DNA of 64,000 nucleotides, taken from positions 73,930-137,929 of the forward strand of contig CAXHJY010000384.1 of NCBI GenBank assembly GCA_964016885.1, written 5' to 3'. The stretch comes from Eledone cirrhosa. Taxonomy: Eukaryota. The notes beneath the pieces were generated by a model, which searched no databases, was not told the DNA's origin, and saw only the letters and a program-made list of their open reading frames with translations. This document shows positions 37,421 through 49,622 of this stretch, one piece after another; the first letter of the stretch is position 1, and every line of letters begins with the position of its first letter. Both the position numbers and the translations under genes were made by a program.

Positions 37421-38689
37421 ATGTGAAAGAATAAAGTGTCTTGCTGAAGAATACAATGTGCTGCTCTCCACCTGAGTGAACTGTAGCTATGTGAAATAGT
37501 ATCTTGCTGAAGAACACAACGGGAATTGAACACACATCACAATAATGAACCCAAGACTATAATCAGTCAACCATGCATTTTCGCAAAAAAAAATACTCAG
37601 ATTAATTAATTTTTTTTTCTGTCCACTGAGATAAACCTTTTAGCAAAACAGATACATTTAGGGGTAGAGGGTGTACCTTGATGGTGGTGTAGAGTGGGAT
37701 GGTATGTTCCTATATGATGCAGAGCAGCAGGGTAGGAACAATTAATGTAAGGCAACATTCATACCACCTCCCTGTAACGTTTTTCAAGATAGGGGGTGTC
37801 TGGCTTCCAGATGTTGCCATGTCTGGGCGGGTCCCCTACGTGTTAGTGCCAGACATACTGATGGGAAGCAGTTTCTACAAAATGCATCACCAAGTGATGA
37901 AGAACACACACATTCCTTGAGTTACCATGGTTACTAGAGATAGGGGACACGCACATGGGGATTAAACAGGTGCATAGGAGGTGTGTAGTGGGGTGCAGTG
38001 GAAGAAATTACTGAATTTATGATGCAGAGTGGGGTAGGGGTGACAGGTGATAGTTTTCGTAGGGAAGGGTGGAAACAGAAAGAGATAGGGAGGAAGGGGT
38101 AAATTATGAAGAAAGGAAATAAGTGTGGGTGGGTAGAAAATGAAGTGGAATGAAATATACAGGAAAGAAAGTAAAAATATGGAATGAGAAAGTAGTATGG
38201 ATGGAGGGGGGGGGGGGGGGAGATGGGAAGAGGAGAGGTCAGGGGGTATATATGGTGTTAGTGAGAGGTTGAAAGAGATTATATACACATTTGAATCGAC
38301 AACAGTTCTTGTTGTTTAGCCTCGGGTCAGACTTGAAAAAGTTAAGATGTTCCAACCACGACCACACCACATCACATTCAGTTTATCTAGGACTACATTT
38401 TTCATTTTCTAAGACGCTAGAATGTGATTTGATAGAAATTTGGTTACTATTTCTAGTAGGTCCTATGACCGTGTAGAGGCTGACTCATTGGTTTGTGAGG
38501 TTCCATCACTGGCTTCAGGTTTTTGTTGTTTAGGTCTTGGGCAGCTATGATTACGTAGATCTATAACTAAAGCCATTCCAGTCAGAAGCATCTCTCTCTC
38601 TCTCTTTGTTTATGTTTTTACATGTAGTGTACCCTATTATCCAAAGTGTCTTTCCTTTTTAAAGTGTGTAATTCGAGGGGAAATTGGCA

Positions 38690-41230
38690 GCTATTTTTAA
38701 CAGGTCGAGCCACCACATGCTTAATAACCTCGTTAAGGGCAGCATGGCATGGAAGGCGGCCAGCACTATGGCAACAGGAAAGAAGAGTGGAGTCCGAAAG
38801 AGTCCACAATGGATCCACAGCGACATTTATGTGGCTCGCAGATCCGGAGTCCAAGCCTCAAGGAAACGCCGATGCACAGGCTATCGTTATCCAGCTGCGT
38901 GCCAGTGGAGAAGGCGGGCAAGGCATGGAGCCAGGAGGCCGCGCTGAAACAAGCAAGGCGGTGCTGGCGCATGAGCCTGTCTGAGGCCAGGCTGCACTGG
39001 ATGGCATCCCATACGCTTTGGGGGGACTTGACGTCAGCACGGGGAGAAAGAGGAGGGATGCCTACCATGCTAAGTCCCAGCCTGTCCCACGTCTCACAGG
39101 CAACTCACGTTCCCTGAACACAGAGGGTTCTATTGTGTTTTGGAGAACCCTGCTGAGGAGGATGCGGCATGAGGTTACTGTTGAAAGAAACGCTGGCAAG
39201 GCCAGCAAGATCGAGGACCAGAGGCCAAGGCCGCCATATCTGACAGGTAAAGTGTCCTGTTGCCATCCAATGTCGTCAAACCTGACGTTGCATATCTCCT
39301 CAGCTGCTGCTCGGATACAAGTATCGAGGTCAGCGAGGAGAGATGCGTGGCTGTAGCACGGAGCGCTGCAAAGGGTGTAGAGGAGCTTCAGCATGGCGAA
39401 GCAGTTCTTCAACAGGAAGAGAGCTGGGTGGCCATCGATCAAGCCCAGTCGGCTCATGAGGGTCTGGAGTTGTTGGAACCTAGACCTGATAGTGGAGTGG
39501 ATGGCCGGCGAGTGGATCAGTGACCAGAGGATGAGGACATCCTCTTTGAGGGTCACCTGTACTTGGTGGAGATTGGACCACACATCCAAGACGGAGGCGG
39601 CAAAGATCTCAGCATCATAGCTGACATTCACCACCTCCGACTTGGACGAGTTGACCTGGAGGTCGATCCCGCCAGAGCAGGAACCATCGATTGAAGGTCA
39701 TGGCAGACAGTTTCCACGGGCCCACCCAGTGTAGCATCATCCAGGTACCAAACGTTGAGATGGGCCGTGATACTCCGGGCAATGTGGTCTATACCGAGGG
39801 TAAACAGGAGGGGGCCCAAAGGGTCGCCCTGTTGAACACCAGTGGCCGAAGGTATGACCGTATCAGCAGCAAGGAGCATGCTTGGGGCTCCATATGACAA
39901 GTAGGCCAGCGGGTAAGCAGAGGGGGCTCGGCTAAGGCAGGCATTGACTGGATGGTCCCGGCATATACAGTAAAAGGCATTCCTCATGTCAAGCTTGACA
40001 ATGAGGTGCCTGGAGTCCCTGGATGCCGGTTCCGGTGGGCAACTATTGAAGAACTGCCTGGTTGCATGTGAGGCCCTCTCACAGCCACCAGACACGCTGA
40101 CACCCAGTTGCACCTGACTGAACTCTTCACCCAGTTCAGGTGTTATGGACATGCAGACCACCTCAGCAGCCAACCTCCGGAAGACATTGCCCACAGCAAT
40201 GGGGCGTATGCCACCTTTCTTCCTGAGAGCGGTCAGGCTTACCGAAAAAAAGAGGCCTCGGGCGTGAGGATCCAGGGCGCCATGGATAAGCCTATTGGTG
40301 AGTTCCACAATTGCACTCAGAAGGTTACGCCCGGCCTCAGCAGAGAGGTGGGATAGCAACTCCTTAAGGTGGCCTGGTCGGAGACCATCAGCACTTCCGC
40401 TGCTGCTAACTTGGAAGGACTTGATGGCAGACATGATATCTGCATTGGAAGCCACAAGGAGCAGGTGGGGTATGGGTCGGAGGTCAGCGGGTGGCTCAGG
40501 GTGCTTGAGTCACAGGGCAGCCAGGACCTCCTCGGTGGGTTGGAGGACAGTGTCCTCTGAGGCAACCACTCTGACTGCAGCTATGACATCACCCATGATA
40601 AGTTTAGCATTTACGTGGTCGTGCAAACGGGTGGAGGATTGGAGGCACCCGAGAGCAGGGGTTGTGGCGTCCTTCAGCATGCTTGGAATGGGCGCTTGCC
40701 CAAAGGAAGAAAAATTAGCCTTGACAAAGGTTGCTGTCGACAGGCCACCTCAGTCAGCGCCAGAGCTGGGGAGGCCGAGGGTGAGTGGAGCGGAATAGAA
40801 GAGGTGCTCCCAGTCACTGGCTCGATTGGAGTCCAGAGCCCTCTCGATCGAGGAAGCGAGGGCATCGGCTACCGGCACCCAGGCCGCTCTCGGGATCCTG
40901 AGCAGAATCTTCCGGAGCCGCCTGAGCCAAGCGATGTTGACCAGTGCGGTTTGGGCATGAGGCATGCTCGATGTCTCATCTGGTGGAGTGCCAGATGGCT
41001 GTGGCTGGGCAGACGAGGGGAAGAGAGTTTCTGCATCTCCACACTGCGAGGGCACTGGAAGCTCGACGCATCAAACCAACAGTGGTGTGGCCCCTCTTCT
41101 GTCTGTTTGTGGTGCTGCAAGTGCTGCAGATGTTGACTGGTGGGCGTGGAGCCAGGGACTGGGGCACCAAGCGGCATCAGGGGTGAGTGACTGGTTGTCA
41201 CCAGCCTAGGTGCTAGGCACAACTGCACAT
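38690..41230 (-). mobile_element. CRE-clade non-LTR retrotransposon (RT plus zinc motif), frameshifted and 3'-truncated
   Basis: LRIPRAA..WEHL, GSADGLRPGHLK, GGIRPIAVGNVFRRLAA, QLGV..GGCE, KLDMRNAF, GVQQGDPLGPLLF, WYLDD, LPVRYGGLGL, SLRLGL..PHKCRCG..GLH, LSC..GRLPCHAALNEVI. Confidence 0.93.
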
Positions 41231-41429
41231 GGGTGGAAGGGAAAGTGTTGGTATGAGTGAGGCCTCATAGCTCACCTACATCAGATATGGAGGCAACAGA
41301 AGACAAGATAAAAGAGAAGGGGGGTTGCATGGAGGGGGGGGGGGGGGCACGAAAGTAGAAAGTTAGCAAATAAATAAATGAATGAATGAATGTACAAAAA
41401 AAACACAGGGGGTTGTTCCCAGCGGAATG

Positions 41430-42017
41430 ACCCAAAGGTTGTTATTGTCACTGATGCTGGAGTTGGCTTCCTCTTGTTAATGGTGGTGGTAATGATTGCT
41501 GGTAAGATGTTGGTGTATACACACATATGTTGTTGTTATTGTCACTGCCGCTGTCGTATCTTTCCTCTTGTTAATGGTAGTTGATACCGATACCTATTTC
41601 GGCTGCCAGGCCGGTTGCTAGGGCTCGAATGCCTTCTTTCACCGAAGATGCTGTATCGTTGTTATTGTCACTGTTGCTGTCGTTGACTTCCTCTTGGTAA
41701 TGGTAGTGATAATTCTTGGTGCCATCTATTTCGGCTGTCAAGCTGGCTGCAGAATCAGCTTCTGTTTACATTTTCGCATATATCTTAACGATATTCTCAA
41801 TGGACGCCCTTACAATATTTGAATATAATTGCACCGTTGTATCATTTAATTTGAAAAGTGTTCTCAGATGGCTGCTGTATAAACGCAACCACAGTATTTC
41901 TCTTCACCTAAAACAACTTTGACACAGAGGACATAAGAATTGAAGTGAAAACTGGGTCCAGGAGTCCTCATTGTCAGTCTGCTTTCCTTCACCTGCGTAT
42001 TCTTCAATCAGTATCAT
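41430..42017 (-). pseudogene. Decayed ORF with a C2H2 zinc finger and Asn/Asp-rich repeats
   Basis: A single frame from ATG 42017 reads ..FLCPLCQSCFR*REILWLRLYSSH.. then YHYQEEVNDSNSDNNN-type repeats. In-frame stops are present. Confidence 0.5.
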
Positions 42018-42321
42018 CTTTATATTTACATGCAAACTTTTTTCCCTTTCAAGCGAACCATCAGATATGTATCAACCGCTTGCTAACTTATTGAATGTAT
42101 GCTTTTATTGATCTTATTAAAAATATGTAACTAAATATTGTAAGGCAATTTGTCAGTTGGACATTTGAATTCAATAATTATATGACTCGTGTTTCACTTT
42201 GCTCATTTGATATGCGTAAAAGCCTATACAAGAAGAATTTGAACTTATATAGTATTTAGTTTCCACCCACAACGTTCTATCATCATCATCACCGTTTTCC
42301 GTCCATTTTTCCATGCTATAT

Positions 42322-42412
42322 ATACAGGGTGTCCCGGAAAATGTATACACACTATATATATCAATATATATATATATATAGGGTGTCCCAAAAAATGTAT
42401 ACACATATTTAT
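42322..42412 (+). mobile_element. Two tandem Tc1/mariner TIR-like ends
   Basis: AGGGTGTCCC(GG/AA)AAAATGTATACACA occurs twice, TA-flanked. Confidence 0.55.
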
Positions 42413-42895
42413 TAGAATGCGTGCAGTGCTTTGGGACTGACAATCAGTCTGAAGAAGACTGTCGTCATGTACCAACCTGCTTCGGATAAAGTTTTCAATA
42501 AACCCTCCATATACGTATACGGTCAAAAACTGAAGGCTGCTGAGATAGAAGCTCTTGAAAGAGAAACTTGGCGTGGAATGGTGAATGATGGGGTCCATAA
42601 TTTTGAGGACAGACGCATAGAGCACGAGAAGATCAAAGGGGATGTGCGTAAGCAATGCCCTGGTGTATCTCTCGAAACGATCGGTGTCTCCATTGAATTG
42701 AAGTGCCCTGAGTGTGGAAAAATTTGCTTGAGCAAATCTGGTCTCAGGAGCCACAGTCGCAGCCATGTTCAAAGAGAACCAGTGAACTATGAGCTCCATG
42801 GTGTTGTGAGGGTTCACGGGCAACCTGATGCAGGACCTCAAGCCAAGGAGATCCATAGTTGTCGTCAGTGTCTGAAGGAATGCAAGTCTCTAGTC
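42413..42895 (+). mobile_element. Internally deleted RTE-clade ORF2 fragment with C-terminal C2H2 zinc fingers
   Basis: GLTISLKKTVVMYQP is joined to ALERETWR..FEDRR, then CPECGKICLSKSGLRSHSRSH and CRQCLKECKSL. Confidence 0.85.
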
Positions 42896-43320
42896 TCTAG
42901 CAGGCTTGAAAAGCCATATCCAAGCGTCACATATCTGAATCTGACAAGCGATTGCAATACTCTTGGCAGAGTTTGCAGCCATCATATATATATATATATA
43001 TATATAGTTTCTGAGGTTGACAGTGTAATGGATCAGAGATTTCGAGATTAGAAATAGTTAGTGACATAACGACTACCAGCTAGTCAATATATCGATCTAC
43101 TACGAACAATCAACTCTCTGAAACAATCGTAAAACAATGAACTAATTAAGTATCTATCTTCGACTTGCTTTATTTTCATTGTTCAACACACACACATATA
43201 TTCGCCTAGTATTCTTGATTGTCCGGAATTCTCTTCTCGTTCCCTTTTTCCATGCAGACCACGAACTATGCCCTGAAATGATTTACAATTGTATCTGGCC
43301 TTATATCATATCTCCTCTTA

Positions 43321-43682
43321 AGATGGCTTTACCCTGTGCCCCTGGTCGAGAGGCAGGTGCCTTGTCTGGGACGTCACTGTTAGTGACTCTTTTGCTCTTT
43401 CCCACATCCTGGATGCTGTTGTTAGGACGAGAGCCACAGCTTCTGCAGCCGAGCGGAGTAAGACCCTCAAATACTCTGATCTGTCTGCCAGCTACATTTT
43501 TCAGCCTGTGGCTTTCGACAAGTTTGGGGGAGTCGGGCAGCTGACTGCGAGGTTCCTCTTTTCACTGGCGGCTCGCCTAATAGAGGTAATTGGCGAATCT
43601 CGCGAGGGCGCTTGGCCGTTTCAGCCTCGCAATCACCCGAGGCAACGCTGCGAGTGTGCTGGCTTGCCTCAAAAATCATTAG
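43321..43682 (+). mobile_element. CRE-clade restriction-like endonuclease fragment
   Basis: DGFTLCPWSRGRCLVWDVTVSD..AAERSKTLKYSDL..FQPVAFDKFGGVG..SLAITRGNAASVL. Confidence 0.88.
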
Positions 43683-44163
43683 AGAGGTTGCCCAGTACTC
43701 GCGACGTTGCTGTCTTTTGCTGTGGTGTTGGCTCCGTTGTTCACCCCTTCCTTTACATTTTCTTTAATATTGTAACATTAAAAGAATATATCTTTCCGAA
43801 AGAATCGCGAGTTTTATATAATGTTATCTAAGCATTTGTAATGTTATTTATGTATATATTTTTAAAACATATTTATGTTATGTTATTCTACTGTAAATTT
43901 ATTTATATGCTCTGTTTATATTTTCATTCTGAAAGAATTGCAAACGATTTGTAGTGTATTTAGGAAATAATAATAAAAAGACTAACGGTTATTGTTACTG
44001 TTGAATATTTGAACTCAGAACGTAAAGGGATATAATATACTAAGTCTGACACTCAGTAAAAGTGTAAAAATGTTTTTTTTTTTTTTTTTTAAGCGAAAAT
44101 AGAAACCGGGTCGTTGATTTCATTTGATACATCAAATCAAGACGACATTCCATTAGGAAAGCT

Positions 44164-44196
44164 GTTGCTAAGTAACAAATATGAAAATGTGTGAGT
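44164..44196 (+). promoter_or_regulatory. RFX X-box followed by ATG and splice donor (candidate promoter/first exon)
   Basis: GTTGCTAAGTAAC (44164-44176) then ATGAAAATGT|GTGAGT, in a non-repeat, CpG-containing context. Confidence 0.4.
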
Positions 44197-44412
44197 CATA
44201 GTTATCGCCCTTGTATTGACTGGATAGTTAGAAGTTTCTGATATGACTATGACCCTGCAAACGTCATTCAGTACACATTAACATTTGAATTCAAGCCTTT
44301 GGTTCGTTTGAGTTCTCGTTAGTACATTTTTGTGTGTAAACTTACGTTCCCTTTTGAATGAGCCCTGTTTCTATGATACAAATCTGTTTATAGTTGTCTA
44401 AAAACCTTCCAT

Positions 44413-44885
44413 TATTTCATCCTTACGGGGTGGTGGATTGGCAGTATCGATAGAGTGTCGGACGCCATGCTTTCCAGCATAGTTACGTCCCTTTACGATC
44501 TGAGTTCAAATCCCGCCGAGGTTGACTTTGCCTTTCATCCTTACGGGGTCGATAAAATAAAGTACCAGTAATGCACTGGGTAATTACTGGCCTTGTGCCT
44601 AAAGTAGAAACAATTATTTCATCCTTACGGTGGATTGGCAGTATCGGTAGAGAGTCGGACGCCATGCTTTACGGTCTGAGTTCAAATCCCGCCGAGGTTA
44701 ACTTTGCCTTTCATCCTTACGGGGTCGATAAAATAAAGTACCAGTAATGCACTGGGATTGATTGCTGGCCTTGTGCCAAAAGTAGAAACAATTATTTCAT
44801 CCTTACGGGGTCGATAAATTAAAGTACCAGTAATGTACTGAGTATTTGCTGGCATTGTGCCAAAAAGTAGAAACAATTATTATTT
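44413..44885 (+). mobile_element. Tandem array of young Meta-like SINE copies and fragments
   Basis: At least three cores joined at ATTATTTCATCCTTACGG junctions. Confidence 0.88.
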
Positions 44886-45109
44886 TATATAAGAACCTTT
44901 GTTAAGCAACGTTCCAAGCGCCAGCTAAATAATGAAAAAGTTAGTTATATTACTAAATCACTCAAAATTGTCGATTATTTGAAAATAACAGGATTATTGG
45001 CGAATGTAGTCAGCGCGTTTTCGATTCTGATAGGAGCAATTTCACTCAATTTGTGACAATAATATGTTAAATAAAAGCTACGAAGGTAAAAAAAAAATTC
45101 CAATTTTTG

Positions 45110-45730
45110 AGAGAGGGTTAAATCAATTAAATCGACCCCAGCACTTGACTAGTATATTATTTTATCGATCTCATGAAAGTTAATCTCGGCAACATTTGAA
45201 GTCAGAATGTAAAGAGCCAGAAGAAATACCACAAAGCATTTTGTCCAACGGTCTAATAATTCTGCCAATCCAACACCCTAAATAGTTTGATAATTGTTTC
45301 TACTTTAGGCACAAGGTCAGCAATTTGTAGGAGAGGGGAAAGTCGATTAAATCGACCCCAGTGCATAACTGGCACTTTATTTTAAGGATGAAAGGCAAAG
45401 ATAACCTTGGCGAGATTTGAACGTAAAGAGCCGTAACTATATGTCATGAAGCATGTTGTCCGACGCTCTACCGATACTGTCAATTCACTGTAGTCTAATA
45501 ATTGTTTCTACTTTTGGCACAAGGCCAGCAATTACCCAGTACATTACTGGTACTTTATTTTATCGACCCCGTAAGGATGAAAGGCAAAGTTAACCTTGGT
45601 CTAATAATGATTATATTAAAATCCCGCCGAGGTTAACTTTGCCTTTCATCCTTCCGGGGTCGATAGAATAAAGTACCAGTAATGCATTGGGTATTTGCTG
45701 GCCTTGTGCCAAAAGTAGAAACAATTATAT
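45110..45730. mobile_element. SINE cluster ending in a closely spaced inverted pair
   Basis: Minus-strand copies at 45110-45600 and a plus-strand copy at 45620-45730. Confidence 0.85.
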
Positions 45731-46336
45731 TAAAAGTTAACACTTTTGTAACTATATTTCTACTGAAAGACACTACTATATTTTGAAAATAACTAATAAT
45801 TTTAATTCTATTCCTTTATTTTCTTTTGTTTCCTTTTCTTTTTTTTTATTATTGTTGTCGTTATGTATATATTATTGCTTGTGCTGATAATATTCATAAA
45901 AAATTTCATTGTTTAAAATATAACAAAAATACATATAATACTTTAATAAATTTAAGTTTCGTGCCAGGGTCAGGTGGGGCAGTTCGTGGTAGTTTAGTAC
46001 TGAGAGGGTTAAAGATTAAAAATAAATACAACATAACATTCTATTTTTAGTTTTGTTTGATTACTTGATTGATTAATTAGCTAATTGTTTGATTAACTGA
46101 CTGATGGCAACATCTTTTGACTTTTTTGTCTTTCTGCTTCCATAAATATATCTCTTTCCCAAATCAGACTTACTGTTTACTGGAGTGAATATAATGATTT
46201 ACTTACTCCTCACTAACCTTTCATTAACACTTCACTTCACATCCAATGACTTTTTTTTTCACGTTATCCACCCACCCTATTTACCTCTCCCTCTCTCATG
46301 TATATGTATGTATGTATATATATATATATACATACA

Positions 46337-46737
46337 GATGACCCCTTAACCTTTGTCAAGGCAGAATTCTAGGAGAAGGAAAACTCTGATATAACACCTG
46401 CAACCCTGATGGTATCCAATGATGTTGACTTGTTCTTCTTTTTGGTAAATATCATCTTGGTTAAGAGAGTGAGACTGGCTTTGTGCAGTGCCTTTGCTCA
46501 CTATAAAAGCTTCACGGCACAGGCATTGCTTTATATCTGGAGATCTCTCTGCACTTGTCGTCACATGGTACCATGGGCCCAGCACTATGTGTCAATAATT
46601 GTCACAAGTGTAGTGTTTGTACCAGAGTTTTCAAGTCGCTGGCTGGACTAAAAAGTCACACTCGTTCAGCGCATCGGTAGGGGTTCTCCTACATGGATAT
46701 AAAGTAGTGGCCGTACTCGAAAACGAGTTGGCAGCCA

Positions 46738-46739
<2 letters not shown>
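46337..46739 (+). mobile_element. Non-autonomous RTE-derived element, copy 2 (5'-truncated, in TA repeats)
   Basis: Near-identical to 34990-35390. Confidence 0.75.
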
Positions 46740-46775
<36 letters not shown>

Positions 46776-46779
<4 letters not shown>

Positions 46780-46930
46780 ATGTTCAAGACCCCGACAGAA
46801 ATAGCCGTCGAAACGGCTTGAGCTCTGCCGTCGGGATCTTGAACATTTTCCTATTACCCACTACTATTACTCTAAGTATTGAGTACTCAGGTGCGTTATG
46901 GTGCACATGGTTCCTTACCACACTTCCTTC

Positions 46931-46933
<3 letters not shown>
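46776..46933 (+). mobile_element. Probable Penelope-like terminal remnant: hammerhead 3' half inside a fold-back
   Basis: GCCGTC-GAAA-CGGC(ttgagctct)GCCG-TC-GGG, with outer arms GAAAATGTTCAAGA/TCTTGAACATTTTC. Confidence 0.55.
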
Positions 46934-46983
<50 letters not shown>

Positions 46984-46989
<6 letters not shown>

Positions 46990-47073
46990 TTCTACAGGAC
47001 TAGAACTTTCATTCGAAGGAAATCATCAGGAAAAAGCCCTTCGAATAAAACAGTTGTAGTCCTGTAGAAGCCA
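46984..47073. ncRNA. Fold-back containing hammerhead remnants on both strands
   Basis: Arms ATGGCTTCTACAGGACTA/TAGTCCTGTAGAAGCCAT. Minus strand CTGATGA..GAAA..TA-GTCC; plus strand AAAA-CAGTTG-TA-GTCC. Confidence 0.5.
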
Positions 47074-47329
47074 TTTCTATATTGAATATTTATACTCAGC
47101 TATGTATTGAGTACCTTACTCTGGTTACCCCCGATTGAACCCGGGATATACGCACACACACAGATAGATAGATATATTTAAAGGTTAAGCAAGTTTCAAT
47201 GAATAAATCAAAGAATGAGTTTTACAATAGATTGGAAGCACTCAACAGTATGGTTTTCTGGAGTTATTAATATTAATTCAAAATATTAATAAAAATAGAC
47301 ATTCTGTCAGGGTATGTCATGCATCATCT

Positions 47330-47396
47330 TATTTTATCTGATGAGGACGTACTGTTGAAGATAGCTCAGTACCTCTGAAATATGTATAATAAAATA
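47330..47396 (+). ncRNA. Type I hammerhead ribozyme with intact catalytic core
   Basis: Stem I TATTTTAT/ATAAAATA, CTGATGA (47338-47344), stem II GGACGTACTG/CAGTACCTCT (9 of 10 paired), GAAA (47377-47380), quasi-palindromic stem III ATATGTAT, cleavage triplet AUA (after 47388). Confidence 0.8.
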
Positions 47397-47433
47397 TACT
47401 TGATCACACGAATGTCTATTTTTGTTAATATTA

Positions 47434-47470
47434 GTCTGTCTGTCTGTCTGTGTCTGTCTGTCTGTCTGTC

Positions 47471-47557
<87 letters not shown>

Positions 47558-47558
47558 G
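47434..47558. repeat. (GTCT)n microsatellite
   Basis: Direct reading. Confidence 0.95.
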
Positions 47559-48639
47559 ATGTATGTGTACCTGTGTTGGTCTGTCCATTTATCTCTCAAA
47601 TTCTGTTTAACGTATCTGTAGTCTATCTAGTTATATGTATGTATGTTTAATCCATATATCTCAATTATTCAATCAATGAGAGAGTGTGTGTCTCTATAAG
47701 TTACTTTCATCTCATTAGCCATGAGGTCACTCCCCACCAAACAACTGCTATAAACTGAGTGAGAGTGGGGAGGGGGACTACGGAGAAAGAATGAGTGATG
47801 GGGAAAGAGAGAAAGATAAACAAATAAAGAAAGATGAACAGAAAAGTGAAAGATAAAGAGAGTGAGAAACTGACACACACACACACATGATGGTGGTGGT
47901 ATTGTTGATGGTAGTGTTGGTTTTAGTTGTAGTGGTAGTGTTTTGATGAAGGTGATGATGACGATGGTAGTGTTGATGAAGGTGATGTTGATGGTAGTGT
48001 TGAGACATGTGAAAGATCAATATAGAAAGAGGAGTTATGTAGTGAGAAAGGTTGGGAGAGCAAGAAAAAGACATTAGATTTATAGTTGACTGAAAACAAA
48101 CATACAAAGATATCTTTACTTTATATAGAAGATATTGTTATATCATCTGCCATTTTGGGCATGGTTTCTATGGTTGGATGTCCTTCTTAACACTAATCAC
48201 TATACAACACCAGCACTAGAAAGTCTGTCTTATCTTGACAAAACTATAGGGTACCATCTACTGAGTTCAAATTCCGTCAAGGTTAACTTTGCCTTTCATC
48301 TTTACAGGGTCGATAAAATATAGCACCAGTAATGCACTGGAGTAATTGCTGGCCTTGTGCCAAAAATAGAAGCAATTATCTTTGTTCATTTGCCAACAGC
48401 TTTACAGTGTGTAATGAGTGCATGTTATCATAGCACCAGTCCTAGATAAGTTACCTTGTCCCTGGCAAGACTAAATAGTCCTTTTTACTCTATACACTTC
48501 AGATCATTACTCACTGATGAACACTTACCTGTTTGTTAAATTAATCACTGAACTCATTACAAACTTTTGCTTTGCTGACTGCATCTCTGTATATGGCATG
48601 CACAGCTCTCACTTGTCATTCATTTACCCTTACTTTCTT

Positions 48640-48820
48640 TAGCAACCACCAGACTCAGAGCATGGAATCTAGTCAGAAGCCTTCTCCAGACTGACAAATG
48701 CTGAGTAGAGATGCTTATTCCTTGATGAGTACTTCTCCTGCACTTGTCTCATTGGGAAGATGACATTAGTAAGCAACCTTCCTGGTATAAAACCAAACTG
48801 CACTTCATCTATATTAATTT
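48640..48820 (-). mobile_element. Old RTE RT fragment
   Basis: QFGFIPGRLLTNVIFPMRQVQEKY..LYSAFVSLEKASD. Confidence 0.75.
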
Positions 48821-49434
48821 TCTTCTGTAACTTGTTCAGTAACTTTCATAACCTGGTCAATACATTTGAAGCTTCTGTATAATTGCTTCCTTTTAGAGTG
48901 TCTTTTGTCCCAACAATACTGGATTAAATGCAGAGCAAAATAAGGACTTGCTTAAAATATCAAGGGAAGATGATCACTATTTTATTCAAATTAAATGTAT
49001 ATGTCATTCCCCAACATATATATATATATATTTTTTGCTGACTTTATATATCGTGGGAACACCATAATCTTTTAACTTTAAACATATAGGGAACCAGTGA
49101 TTGTATCATTAAAAATCTGTAACCAATGATGCTATGAATCCTTTTGATATCAACCACCTGAAACCACCTCTGGTTCTATTGATACAAAGCTGTTTGTTTT
49201 AAAGTGTTTAAACTTATCTAAAAACCTCCAATCATAATTTTATGTAAGATTCTTTGTTAAGTTATCTTCCAACCACTCATGGTTCTATGATATTAAGCTG
49301 TTTATTTTAAAGTGTTTATATTTATCAAAAAAACATTTTTAAATTCTGCATTGTTTTTAAGCTTATTTTAAATTCATATGCAGTGTCTTTTATTAGAAAA
49401 ATAATAACGAAAGAGTTAATCACAAATTGTGATA

Positions 49435-49622
49435 TACAAGGGTCAGCTGAAAAGTTCATAGGCTGATTAAGATACTCTCATGGAATGACCAAATGAGGTT
49501 TATTTTTCAACAGTCATTGGAAAGAAACAATGCAGTTATTAAGAAGAGTTGAAATTAACACAAACAAGATTTCACAGCTCTCCACCATAGTCAGCATATG
49601 AACTTTTCAGCCAACCCTCGTA
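49435..49622. mobile_element. Complete mariner-type MITE
   Basis: ~30-bp TIRs (CAAGGGTCAGCTGAAAAGTTCATAGGCTGA / TCAGCATATGAACTTTTCAGCCAACCCTCG) flanked by TA. Confidence 0.85.

Noticed and set aside
38646-41209. Many plus-strand ORFs
   Set aside because: Antisense or alternate frames of the GC-rich CRE element.
42245-42856. 203-aa minus-strand ORF
   Set aside because: Antisense shadow of the RTE fragment.
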